A stretch of DNA of 62,315 nucleotides, counting the filler, from Nemertoderma westbladi (Eukaryota; Animalia; Xenacoelomorpha), in assembly GCA_032718475.1 (NCBI GenBank). It is 3 parts of 3 records of this genome, joined end to end, with 100 filler letters (N's around TTAATTAATTAA, not from the genome) between each part and the next. Parts side by side here need not be neighbours in the genome. Positions count along the whole stretch, not along the records: positions 1 to 25,584 come from JAUCBJ010003319.1; 2 more parts are not named here. One strand, 5' to 3'. Both the position numbers and the translations under genes were made by a program. Shown here piece by piece: positions 12,665 through 25,183 of this stretch (positions are counted from its first letter, which is position 1; every line of letters begins with the position of its first letter). The notes beneath the pieces are model-generated. The model was given only the letters and a program-made list of their open reading frames with translations. It had not been told where the DNA came from and searched no databases.

Positions 12665-15600
12665 GGAGGCAACCCGAAGGCTCCTCTCTACAGGAGGCAA
12701 CCCGAATGCTCCTCTCTACAGGAGGCAACCCGAAGGTTCCTCTCTACAGGAGGCAACCAGAAGGCTCCTCTCTACAGGAGGCAACCCGAAGGCTCCTCTC
12801 TACCAGAGGCAACCCGAGGGCTCCTCTACTGCAGGTAACCCGAAGGCTCCTCTCTACAGGAGGCAACCCGAAGGTTCCTCTAACTGGAGGCAACCCGAAG
12901 GCTCCTCTCTACAGGAGGCAACCCGAAGGCTCCTCTCTACGGGAGGCAACCCGAAGGCTCCTCTCTACCAGAGGCAACCCGAGGGCTCCTCTACTGCAGG
13001 TAACCCGAAGGCTCCTCTCTACAGGAGGCAACCCGAAGGTTCCTCTAACTGGAGGCAACCCGAAGGCTCCTCTCTACAGGAGGCAACCCGAAGGCTCCTC
13101 TCTACGGGAGGCAACCCGAAGGCTCCTCTCTACCAGAGGCAACCCGAGGGCTCCTCTACAGGAGGCAACCCGAAGGCTCCTCTAACTGGAGGCAACCCGA
13201 ATGCTCCTCTCTACAGGAGGCAACCCGAAGGCTCCTCTCTACAGGAGGCAACCCGAAGGCTCCTCTCTACCAGAGGCAACCCGAAGGCTCCTCTCTACCA
13301 AAGGCAACCCGAGGGCTCCTCTAACTGGAGGCAACCCGAAGGCTCCTCTCTACAGGAAGCAACCCGAAGGCTCCTCTCTACGGGAGGCAACCCGAAGGCT
13401 CCTCTCTACCAGAGGCAACCCGAGGGCTCCTCTACAGGAGGCAACCCGAAGGCTCCTCTAACTGGAGGCAACCCGAAGGCTCCTCTCTACAGGAGGCAAC
13501 CCGAAGGCTCCTCTCTACAGGAGGCAACCCGAAGGCTCCTCTCTACCGGAGGTAACCCGAAGGCTCCTCTCTACAGGAGGCAACCCGAAGGCTCCTCTAA
13601 CTGGAGGCAACCCGAAGGCTTCTCTCTACAGGAGGCAACCCGAAGGCTCCTCTCTACCAGAGGCAACACGAAAGCTCCTCTACTGGAGGCAACGCGAAGG
13701 CTCCTCTCTACAGGAGGCAACCCGAAGGCTCCTCTCTACCAGAGGCAACCCGAAGGCTCCTCTACTGGAGGCAACCCGAAGGTTCGTCTCTACAGGATCA
13801 GGTCAGGTCAGGTATTCTAGGTCATTGATCAAGAAAACTTGCCACCTCCATGCAGCATAAAGGAGGTGCCACCTGTAGCTGTATAGACCCTCTTACTAGG
13901 GCAAATCTGGTCCTGTAACTAGGACCCCCTTCGTTCTGGGATAAGGACGCACTTGGTCCTGGATTAAGGACCCATATACTTGGCTGCAGGGGTATATGGC
14001 CTGACCAGGCAGATGGTGATCTACCAATGGCTGGTCAGGAGTAGAGTGTTCTCATGTCCACTCTGAGAGCACTTCACTGCGACCTGCACCTGGCAGCAAG
14101 GGTACAGGGCATGACCCAGCAGATGAGCTGCAACAGCCAATGGTGGGTCATGTGCGCCAGAGTAGATATGGGTGATGGGCCTCATATCTGACTCCATTGC
14201 GACACCAACCCTGTGGAATGGCAAACCAGGGTGCGGTATTTGCCCCGAGAGAGCTCTACAGGATGCAACCCGAAGGCTCCTCTCTACAGGAGGCAACCCG
14301 AGGCTCCTCTCTACAGGAGGCAACCCGAAGGCTCCACTCTACAGGAGGCAACCCGAAGGCCCCTCTCTACAGGAGGCAACCCGAAGGCTCCTCTCTACCA
14401 GAGGCAACCCGAAGGCTCCTCTCTACCAGAGGCAACCCGAAGGCTCCTATACTGGAGGCAACCCGAAAGCTCATCTCTACCGGAGGCAACCCGAAGGCTC
14501 CTCTCTACCAGAGGCAACCCGAAGGATTCTCTACTGGAAGCAACCCGAAGGCTCCTGTCTACAGGAGGCAACCCGAAGGCTCCTCTCTACAGGAGGCAAC
14601 CCGAGGCTCCTCTCTACAGGAGGCAACCCGAAGGCTCCACTCTACAGGAGGCAACCCGAAGGCCCCTCTCTACAGGAGGCAACCCGAAGGCTCCTCTCTA
14701 CCAGAGGCAACCCGAAGGCTCCTATACTGGAGGCAACCCGAAAGCTCATCTCTACCGGAGGCAACCCGAAGGCTCCTCTCTACCAGAGGCAACCCGAAGG
14801 ATTCTCTACTGGAAGCAACCCGAAGGCTCCTGTCTACAGGAGGCAACCCGAAGGCTCCTCTCTACAGGAGGCAACCCGAGGCTCCTCTCTACAGGAGGCA
14901 ACCCGAAGGCTCCTCTCTACCAAAGGCAACCCGAACGCTCCTCTACTGGAGGCAACCCGAAGGCTCCTCTCTACAGGAGGCAACCCGAAGGCTCCTTTCT
15001 ACCAGAGGCAACCCGAAGGCTCCTCTACTGGAGGCAACCCGACGGTTCTCTCTCCAGGAGGCAACCCGAAGGCTCCTCTCTACAGGAGTCAACCCGAAGG
15101 CTCCTCTCTACAGGAGGCAACCCGAAGGCTCCTTTCTACAGGAGGCAACCCGAAGACTCCTCTCTACCAGAGGCAACCCGAAGGCTCCTCTACTGGAAGC
15201 AACCCGAAGGCTCCTCTCTACAGGAGGCAACCCGAATGCTCCTCTATAGCAGAGTCAACCCGAATGCTCCTCTACTGGAGGCAACCCGAAGGCTCCTCTC
15301 TACAGGAGGCAATCCGAAGGCTCCTCTCTACTAGTTGCAACCCGAAGGCTCCTCTCTACCGGAAGCAACCCGAAGACTCCTCTCTACCAGAGGCAACCCG
15401 AAGGCTCCTCTCTACCGGAGGCAACACGAAGGCCCCTCTCTACCGGAGGCAACCCGGAGGCTCCTCTCTACAGGAGGCAACCCGAAGGCTCCTCTCTACC
15501 GGAGGCAACCCGAAGGCTCCTCTCTACAGGAGGCAACACGAAAGCTCCTATCTACCAGAGGCAACCCGAGGGCACCTCTACTGCAGGTAACCCGAAGGCT

Positions 15601-18600
15601 CCTCTCTACAGGAGGCAACCCGAAGGCTCCTCTAACTGGAGGCAACCCGAAGGCTCCTCTCTACAGGAGGCAACCCGAAGGCTCCTCTCTACGGGAGGCA
15701 ACCCGAAGGCTCCTCTCTACCAGAGGCAACCCGAGGGCTCCTCTACAGGAGGCAACCCGAAGGCTCCTCTAACTGGAGGCAACCCGAAGGCTCCTCTCTA
15801 CAGGAGGCAACCCGAAGGCTCCTCTCTACAGGAGGCAACCCGAAGGCTCCTCTCTACAGGAGGTAACCCGAAGGCTCCTCTCTACAGGAGGCAACCCGAA
15901 GGCTCCTCTAACTGGAGGCAACCCGAAGGCTCCTCTCTACAGGGGGCAACCCGAATGCTCCTCTCTACAGGAGGCAACCCGAAGGCTCCTCTCTACCAGA
16001 GGCAACACGAAAGCTCCTCTACTGGAGGCAACCCGAAGGCTCCTCTCTACAGGAGGCAACCCGAAGGCTCCTCTCTACCAGAGGCAACCCGAAGGCTCCT
16101 CTACTGGAGGCAACCCGAAGGTTCGTCTCTACAGGATGCAACCCGAAGGCTCCTCTCTACAGAGGGCAACCCGAAGGCTCCACTCTACAGGAGGCAACCC
16201 GAAGGCTCCTCTCTACCAGAGACAACCCAAAGGCTCCTATACTGGAGGCAACCCGAAAGCTCATCTCTACCGGAGGCAACCCGAAGGCTCCTCTTTAACA
16301 GAGGCAACCCAAAGGATTCTCTACTGGAAGCAACCCGAAGGCTCCTGTCTACAGGAGGCAACCCGAAGGCTCCTCTCTACAGGAGGCAACCCGAAGGCTC
16401 CTCTCTACAGGAGGCAACCCGAAGGCTCCTCTCTACCAAAGGCAACCCGAAAGCTCCTCTACTGACTGGAGGCAACCCGAAGGCTCCTCTCAACAGGAAG
16501 CAACCCGAAGGCTCCTTTCTACCAGAGGCAACCCGAAGGCTCCTCTATTGGAGGCAACCCGAAGGTTCTCTCTACAGGAGGCAACCCGAAGGCTCCTCTC
16601 TACAGGAGTCAACCCGAAGGCTCCTCTCTACAGGAGGCAACCCGAAGGCTCCTTTCTACAGGAGGCAACCCGAGGACTCCTCTCTACCAGAGGCAACCCG
16701 AAGGCTCCTCTACTGGAAGCAACCCGAAGGCTCCTCTCTACAGGAGGCAACCCGAATGCTCCTCTCTACAGGAGGCAACCCGAAGGCTCCTCTCTACAGG
16801 AGGCAACCCGAATGCTCCTCTATAGCAGAGTCAACCCGAAGGCTCCTCTACTGGAGGCAACCCGAAGGCTCCTCTCTACAGGAGGCAATCCGAAGGCTCC
16901 TCTCTATAGGAGGCAACCCGACGGCTCCTCTCTACTAGTTGCAACCCGAAGGCTCCTCTCTACCGGAAGCAACCCGAAGGCTCCTCTCTACCAGAGGCAA
17001 CCCGAAGGCTCCTCTCTACCGGAGGCAACACGAAGGCTCCTCTCTACCGGAGGCAACCCGGAGGCTCCTCTCTACAGGAGGCAACCCGAAGGCTCCTCTC
17101 TGCCGGAGGCAACCCGAAGGCTCCTCTCTACAGGAGGCAACCCGAAAGCTCATATCTACCAGAGGCAACCCGAAGGCTCCACTCTACTGGAGGCAACCCG
17201 AAGGCTCCTCTCTACTGAGGGCAACCCGAAGGCTCCTCTGTACCAGAGGCAACCCGAAGGCTCCTCTCTATAGGAGGCAACCCGAAGGCTCCTCTCTACC
17301 AGATGCAACCCGAAGGCTCCTCTACTGGAGGCAACCCGAAGGCTCATCTCTACCGGAGGCAACCCGAAGGTTCCTCTCTACAGGAGGCAACCCGAAGGGT
17401 CCTCTCTAGCAGAGGCAACCCGAAGGCACCTCTACTGGAGGCAACCCGAAGGCTCCTCTCTACATGAGGCAACCCGAAGGCTCCTCTACTGGAGGCAACC
17501 CGAAGGCTCCTCTCTACAGGAGGCAACCCGAAGGTTCCTCTCTACAGGAGACAACCCGAAGGCTCCTCTCTACCAGAGGCAACCCGAAGGCTCCTCTACT
17601 GGAGGCAACCCGAAGGCTCTTCTCTACAGGTGGCAACCCGAGGGCTCCTCTCTACCGGAGTCAACCCGAAGGCTCCTCTCTATAGGAGGCAACCCGAAGG
17701 CTCCACTCTACTGGAGGCAACCCGAAGGCTCCTCTCTACCGAAGGCAACCCGAAGGCTCCTCTCTACCAGAGGCAACCCGAAGGATTCTCTCTACAGGAG
17801 GCAACCCGAAGGCTCCTCTCTACCAGATGCAACTCGAAGGCTCCTCTACTGGAGGCAACCCGAAGGCTCCTCTCTACCGGAGGCAACCCGAAGGTTCCTC
17901 TCTACAGGAGGCAACCCGAAGGCTCCTCTCTACCAGAGGCAACCCGAAGGCTCCTCTACTGGAGGCAACCCGAAGGCTCCTCAACTGGAGGCAACTCGAA
18001 GGCTCCTCTCTACAGGAGGCAACCCGAAGGTTCCTCTCTACAGGAGGCAACCCGAAGGCTCCTCTCTACCAGAGGCAAGCCGAAGGCTCCTCTACTGGAG
18101 GCAACCGGAAGGCTCCTCTCTAAAGGAGGCAATCCGAAGGCTCCTCTCTACAAGTGGCAACCCGAAGGCTCCTCTCTACAGGAGGCAACCCGAAGGCTCC
18201 TCTCTACTAGTGGCAATCCGAAGGCGCCTCTCTACAGGAGGCAACCCGAAGGCTCCTCTGTACCTCTCTACTGGAGTCAACCCGAAGGCTCCTCTCTACA
18301 GGAGGCAACCCAAAGGATCCTCTCTACCAGAGGCAACCTGAGGGCTCATCTCTACTAGTGGCAACCCGAAGGCTCATCTCTGCCTCTCTACTGGAGTCAA
18401 CCCAAAGGCTCCTCTCTACCAGAAGCAACCCGAAGGCTCCTCTCTACCAGAGGCAACCCGAAGGCTCCTATACTGGAGGCAACCCGAAGGCTCCTCTGTA
18501 CCTCTCTACTGGAGTCAACCCGAAGGCTCCTCTGTACCTCTCTACTGGAGTCAACCCGAAGGCTCCTCTCTACAAGACGCAACCCGAAGGCTCCTCTCTA

Positions 18601-19063
18601 CCAGAGGCAAGCCGAAGGCTCCTCTCTACTAGTGGCAACCCGAAGGCTCCCTCTCTACCAGAGGCAACCCGAAGGCTCCTCTCTACTAGAGGCAATCCGA
18701 AGGCTCCTCTCCAGGCACGCCGAAGGCTCCTCTCTACCTCTCTACTGGAGTCAACCCGAAGGCTCCTCTCTACCGGAGGCAGCCCGAAGGCTCCTCTCTA
18801 CCGGAGGCAACCCGAAGGCTCCTCTCTATAGGAGGCAACCCGAAGGCTCCTCTCTACCAGAGGCAACCCGAAGGCTCCTTTCTATTGGAGGCAACCCGAA
18901 GGCTCCTATCTACTAGTGGCAACCCGAAGGCACCTCTCTACCGGAGGCAACCCTAAGGCTGCTCTCTACCAGAGGCAACCCGAAGGCTCCTTTCTACTGG
19001 AGGCAACCCGAAGGCCCCTTTCTACTGGAGGCAACCCGAAGGCTCCTCTCTACCGGAGGAACC
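12665..19063. repeat. 26/28-bp intronic minisatellite (GGAGGCAACCCGAAGGCTCCTCTCTACA), roughly 200 units with higher-order duplications
   Basis: Continuous degenerate tandem units filling most of the 7168-nt tubulin B intron (12027-19194), interrupted once at 13799-14253. Confidence 0.97.
13799..14253 (-). mobile_element. Non-coding retroposon-like insertion with hairpin array
   Basis: 11-bp TSD CTCTACAGGAT at 13788-13798 and 14254-14264; (CAGGT)3 at the left end, equal to an (ACCTG)3 3' tail on minus; empty site at 16127-16137. Confidence 0.8.
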
Positions 19064-19194
19064 CGATTGATTTATTATAACTTCCACCTCCGACTATCTG
19101 CGCCGCCACAGGGTGATTGCTCTTTAGTACTTCTAATGTGTAAGGAATGTTAGATATAAAGTTAAGACTGCAAATTAATTTATTTCCCCATCAG

Positions 19195-20290
19195 GCGGCT
19201 TTTCCACCCGGAACAGATGATCTCAGGGAAGGAGGATGCTGCTAACAATTACGCGAGAGGCCATTACACCATCGGTAATGAGATCAATGAGAGTGTGGTG
19301 CACCGCATTGAGATGATGGCCGAGAGCTGTGACAGTCTCCAGGGGTTCCTAGTGTTCCACAGCTTCGGCGGAGGAACAGGTTCCGGGTACACGTCACTCC
19401 TCCTAGAGAATCTGAGCTCCTTGTACCCGAAGAAGGCGAAGTTCCATCTGCCGATCTACCCTTCACCGCACATATCCACAGCCGTTGTCGAGCCGTACAA
19501 TTCCGTGTTGGCCACGCATTGCACGTTGGAGCACGCAGATTGCGCCTTCATGGTAGATAACGAGGCCTGTTACGATATCTGCCGCAAAAATCTCGACATC
19601 GAACGACCCAACTACACGAATCTCAACCGCCTCATCGTACAGATTTTTAGCTCGATAACTGCCTCGTTGCGTTTCGACGGATGCCTCAACGTGGACTTAA
19701 CGGAGTTCCAGACCAATCTGGTGCCCTTCCCGCGAATTCATTTTCCGCTCAGCACTTATGCCCCCATTATGACGGTGGAGAAACATTCGCACGAGATGGC
19801 GACCGTAGATCAGCTGACCAGAGCCTGTTTCACGACCTCCAACACACTCATCAAGTGCAACCCAATGAACGGCAAGTACATGGCATGTTGTTTGCTCTAC
19901 AGAGGGGATGTAGTCCCAAGGGATGTCAACGCTGCTATAGGCCACATAAAGAGACAGGAGCAATACCGGTTCGTTGACTGGTGTCCTACTGGGTTCAAGG
20001 TTGGAATCAATTACCAGATGACTACGGTTGTACCGGGTAGCGATATGGCAAGGAGTCAACGATCTGTCTGCATGCTCAGCAACACAACATCCTTGGGGGA
20101 GGCTTGGGAAAGGCTCGACTACAAATTCGATTTGATGTACCAGAAGCGAGCATTCGTACATTGGTACGTCGGGGAAGGAATGGAGGAGGGTGAGTTCAAC
20201 GACGCTCGGGAGGATTTGGCTGCTCTGGAGAGGGATTACCAAGAAGTTGGAATCGACACTAGAGACCTGACGGATGATGTTGATGAATAG
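19195..20290 (+). CDS. Divergent alpha-tubulin B, exon 2 of 2
   Basis: Acceptor CCCCATCAG| before 19195 gives (R)[27 protein letters not shown]; GGGTGSG; [11 protein letters not shown]; spliced product 447 aa ending DLTDDVDE. Confidence 0.94.
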
Positions 20291-21287
20291 ATTAGGTACA
20301 CGATAAATTATTATTAGGTATCTAAACCCCTGTGCTATTGATATATGGTGCTATTTCGGAAACGGCTAAACCTACTAAAATTACATTTTTGTAATAACTT
20401 CAAATGGGCGCCGCATTTATTTCCAACCCGGAACAATTCACATTAAATAAGTCAGGTTCGAAAAGATTTCCCAAACATATTAGCAGATTAGAAAACACAA
20501 AAGAAAGATAACTGCAATCAAAAAAATATATATGTTTTTGTGTTCTATATTATCGTATTATTGCCCAAAAAGTCTATAAAAATTGATTATTGTGAAAGTC
20601 ATGCAAATAAAAAAATTCACCATTGTGACCTATTATTACAATCATCAATAGTATTTTAAACATCCTTTATATTATATCTTATATAATTATTGTGACGTTA
20701 CTTACTAAATTTTAAAATTATTTAATTTAAATAATTTTTTCAAATAACTTTTTAGCCATTTATAACATCGTTGATATTATTTCCATAGTAACAACACTTA
20801 TAATAAGGAAACGATGAGAAAAAAAATATGTTCATTAAGTGTATTTTATTCGTGAATCAATAGATACATGGTTTGGATAGAATTCACATAAATTATAACA
20901 AATGAAAATAAAATGTCCCCACTTTGTGGGTTTTACACAATTACAAACAAATAAAATATCAACCAATCATATTATTGTACTATACAATTTATTAACGGAT
21001 ACAATTAAAACGTCAAATTAAAAAACAACCAATATCTTTATTATTAATAAATATTTTACAATTAAAATTGTCGAAGGAACATTTTGCACAGTGAATATAA
21101 AAATATATTATTCCAATAAAGAAGGAAACATTATTACTTCTCGCTTTAGTTTTGAAATGCTAGTAAGGGTATGTAAGGTAATATAAAGGCGTCACCTGAA
21201 AGCGAAAGATAGCTAGGCACTTTCATCAGAATATATATAAAGTTTCAATAACGAAATAAAATTAAGTAAAAAAATGTCGTGTATAAT

Positions 21288-24053
21288 AGTGTGATACATT
21301 ATAGGATTCCCTGTATAAAGTGATACTTTATAGGATTCCTGTATAAAGTGATACTTTATAGGATTCCTGTATAAAGTGATACTTTATAGGATTCCTGTAT
21401 AAAGTGATACATTATAGGATTCCTGTATAAAGTGATACATTATAGGATTCCTGTATAAAGTGATACTTTAAGGATTCCTGTATAAAGTGATACTTTATAG
21501 GATTCCTGTATAAAGTGATACTTTAAGGATTCCTGTATAAAGTGATACATTATAGGATTCCTGTATAAAGTGATACTTTATAGGATTCCTGTATAAAGTG
21601 ATACTTTAAGGATTCCTGTATAAAGTGATACTTTAAGGATTCCTGTATAAAGTGATACATTATAGGATTCCTGTATAAAGTGATACTTTATAGGATTCCT
21701 GTATAAAGTGATACTTTAAGGATTCCTGTATAAAGTGATACTTTAAGGATTCCTGTATAAAGTGATACATTATAGGATTCCTGTATAAAGTGATACTTTA
21801 TAGGATTCCTGTATAAAGTGATACTTTATAGGATTCCTGTATAAAGTGATATTTATAGGATTCCTGTATAAAGTGATACTTTATAGGATTCCTGTATAAA
21901 GTGATATTTATAGGATTCCTGTATAAAGTGATACTTTATAGGATTCCTGTATAAAGTGATATTTATAGGATTCCTGTATAAAGTGATACATTATAGGATT
22001 CCTGTATAAAGTGATACTTTAAGGATTCCTGTATAAAGTGATACTTTATAGGATTCCTGTATAAAGTGATACTTTAAGGATTCCTGTATAAAGTGATACT
22101 TTATAGGATTCCTGTATAAAGTGATACTTTATAGGATTCCTGTATAAAGTGATATTTATAGGATTCCTGTATAAAGTGATACTTTATAGGATTCCTGTAT
22201 AAAGTGATATTTATAGGATTCCTGTATAAAGTGATACTTTATAGGATTCCTGTATAAAGTGATATTTATAGGATTCCTGTATAAAGTGATACTTTATAGG
22301 ATTCCTGTATAAAGTGATATTTATAGGATTCCTGTATAAAGTGATACTTTATAGGATTCCTGTATAAAGTGATACTTTATAGGATTCCTGTATAAAGTGA
22401 TACATTATAAGATTCCTGTATAAAGTGATACTTTATAGGATTCCTGTATAAAGTGATACTTTATAGGATTCCTGTATAAAGTGTTACTTTCTAGGATTCC
22501 TGTATAAAGTGATACTTTATAGGATTCCTGTATAAAGTGATACTTTATAGGATTCCTGTATAAAGTGATACTTTATAAGATTCCTGTATAAAGTGATACT
22601 TTATAGGATTCCTGTATAAAGTGATACTTTATAGGATTCCTGTATAAAGTGATACTTTAAGGATTCCTGTATAAAGTGATACTTTATAGGATTCCTGTAT
22701 AAAGTGATACTTTATAGGATTCCTGTATAAAGTGATACTTTAAGGATTCCTGTATAAAGTGATACTTTAAGGATTCCTGTATAAAGTGATACTTTAAGGA
22801 TTCCTGTATAAAGTGATACTTTAAGGATTCCTGTATAAAGTGATACTTTAACGATTCCTGTATAAAGTGATACTTTAAGGATTCCTGTATAAAGTGATAC
22901 TTTAAGGATTCCTGTATAAAGTGATACTTTAAGGATTTCTGTATAAAGTGATACTTTAAGGATTCCTGTATAAAGTGATACTTTATAGGATTCCTGTATA
23001 AAGTGATACTTTATAGGATTCCTGTATAAAGTGATACTTTATAGGATTCCTGTATAAAGTGATACTTTATAGGATTCCTGTATAAAGTGATACTTTAAGG
23101 ATTCCTGTATAAAGTGATACATTATAGGATTCCTGTATAAAGTGATACATTAAGGATTCCTGTATAAAGTGATACTTTAAGGATTCCTGTATAAAGTGAT
23201 ACTTTATAGGATTCTGTATAAAGTGATACTTTATAGGATTCCTGTATAAAGTGATACTTTATAGGATTCCTGTATAAAGTGATACTTTATAGGATTCCTG
23301 TATAAAGTGATACTTTATAGGATTCCTGTATAAAGTGATACTTTAAGGATTCCTGTATAAAGTGATACATTATAGGATTCCTGTATAAAGTAATACATTA
23401 AGGATTCCTGTATAAAGTGATACTTTATAGGATTCCTGTATAAAGTGATACTTTAAGGATTCCTGTATAAAGTGATACTTTAAGGATTCCTGTATAAAGT
23501 GATACTTTAAGGATTCCTGTATAAAGTGATACTTTAAGGATTCCTGTATAAAGTGATACTTTAAGGATTCCTGTATAAAGTGATACTTTATAGGATTCTG
23601 TATAAAGTGATACTTTATAGGATTCCTGTATAAAGTGATACTTTATAGGATTCCTGTATAAAGTGATACTTTATAGGATTCCTGTATAAAGTGATACTTT
23701 ATAGGATTCCTGTATAAAGTGATACTTTAAGGATTCCTGTATAAAGTGATACATTATAGGATTCCTGTATAAAGTGATACATTAAGGATTCCTGTATAAA
23801 GTGATACTTTACAGGATTCCTGTATAAAGTGATACTTTAAGGATTCCTGTATAAAGTGATACTTTAAGGATTCCTGTATAAAGTGATACTTTAAGGATTC
23901 CTGTATAAAGTGATACTTTAAGGATTCCTGTATAAAGTTATACTTTAAGGATTCCTGTATAAAGTGATACTTTATAGGATTCTTGTATAAAGTGATACAT
24001 TAAGGATTCCTGTATAAAGTGATACATTAAGGATTCCTGTATAAAGTGATACA
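21288..24053. repeat. 27/28-bp AT-rich minisatellite (ATAGGATTCCTGTATAAAGTGATACTTT), about 100 copies
   Basis: Period 28 (21331, 21359), with 27-bp variants; the unit is built from two quasi-palindromes. Confidence 0.97.
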
Positions 24054-24213
24054 TTGCATGCCATGCGGTTAATAGCCAATGTAAAATTTTACATACATTA
24101 TTGTTGGGGTATGACACAACAAAGTATTTTATTAGACAGGGGTATGCGGTAGTCAATGGACCGCCTATAGTTTGCTTACCAGTTAATTACTACACATCGA
24201 TAGAATAAATACT

Positions 24214-25085
24214 TTATAATTTTCTCTTTTTAACTTCATTGATATCAATCTGATCACCAGGACGTTTTCCCGTGGATAAATCACTTAGTTGGCCGCCATT
24301 ACTTGCCATATTAGACAACGCGATTGGCCAGTTATTATTGATGTAACCATTGGGTAGATAGAAGGGATAATGGGCCGTTTGACTTGTGGTAGAGTTACTA
24401 GATCCAATACTATTGGCAGCAGTTAAACTATCAGCTGATTGGCTAGATCCAATTGGCGATGTGTCAATACCGTAGTATTGGGAAAGGAGGGCGGCGTACT
24501 CAGGTGATTGGATGGCGGCAGCCGCCATCAACCCTGCGTAATCCTCAGTTCCTATTGGCTGGGAGCTTGATTCGCTTGATTTCAAATGGTTAAATTCAGG
24601 GGGGCTGGCTGTGGAGTCCGGTGACGTAATCACAGGAGCTTGGGATGAATAGCCAATTGAAGCAGTGGTGGCATCATTTGGGGAGGATTGGTTGGGCATT
24701 CCAGAATAACCAGCAAAGTTAGGCACCGCTAGAGGGAGCGATAAACCCATTTGTGAGTCCTTATTGGCCTGACCAATCACGGAACTCAGTGGGTATTGGC
24801 CAGCATTAAATGGGTTTTGCATTAGAGAAGCGCCTATTTGGGGCTGTTGGAGGGGCGGCTGTGATTGGTTGAGAAACGGCCGCAACATTAATTGCTGCTG
24901 CATTAGAATCTGTTGGTTCATTAGCATAGGCGATATAGGCCCGAACTGTCTGATTGGTTGCATCGCGTTGATTAGATTAGAGAAACCCTCGCCATTGGCC
25001 GTTGGTTGAGATCGTTGGTTCTGTTGAGATTGAAGTTGTGCTGATAGGATTGAGTTGGATAATGCCATCTGATTGAAATCGACTC
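24214..25085 (-). CDS. RAVER1/2-like (ribonucleoprotein PTB-binding) terminal coding exon
   Basis: Acceptor TTTTACAG| before 25085 in phase with the upstream exon (GVDFNQMALS...); Q/S/P-rich; C-terminal basic NLS-like KRPG...KKRKL. Confidence 0.7.
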
Positions 25086-25183
25086 CTGTAAAAGAAACAA
25101 TAATTAATAATAAAGGTTGAATTTCCTGCCAAAGCTTTCATATTTAAACAGGAAACAACAAACAGTACTACATGGGTTCTCAC

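Noticed and set aside
12621-18916. Many long ORFs (up to 472 aa) with TGGNPKAPLY/RRQPEGSS/EATRRLLS repeats
   Set aside because: All three frames of a stop-poor intronic minisatellite; not genes
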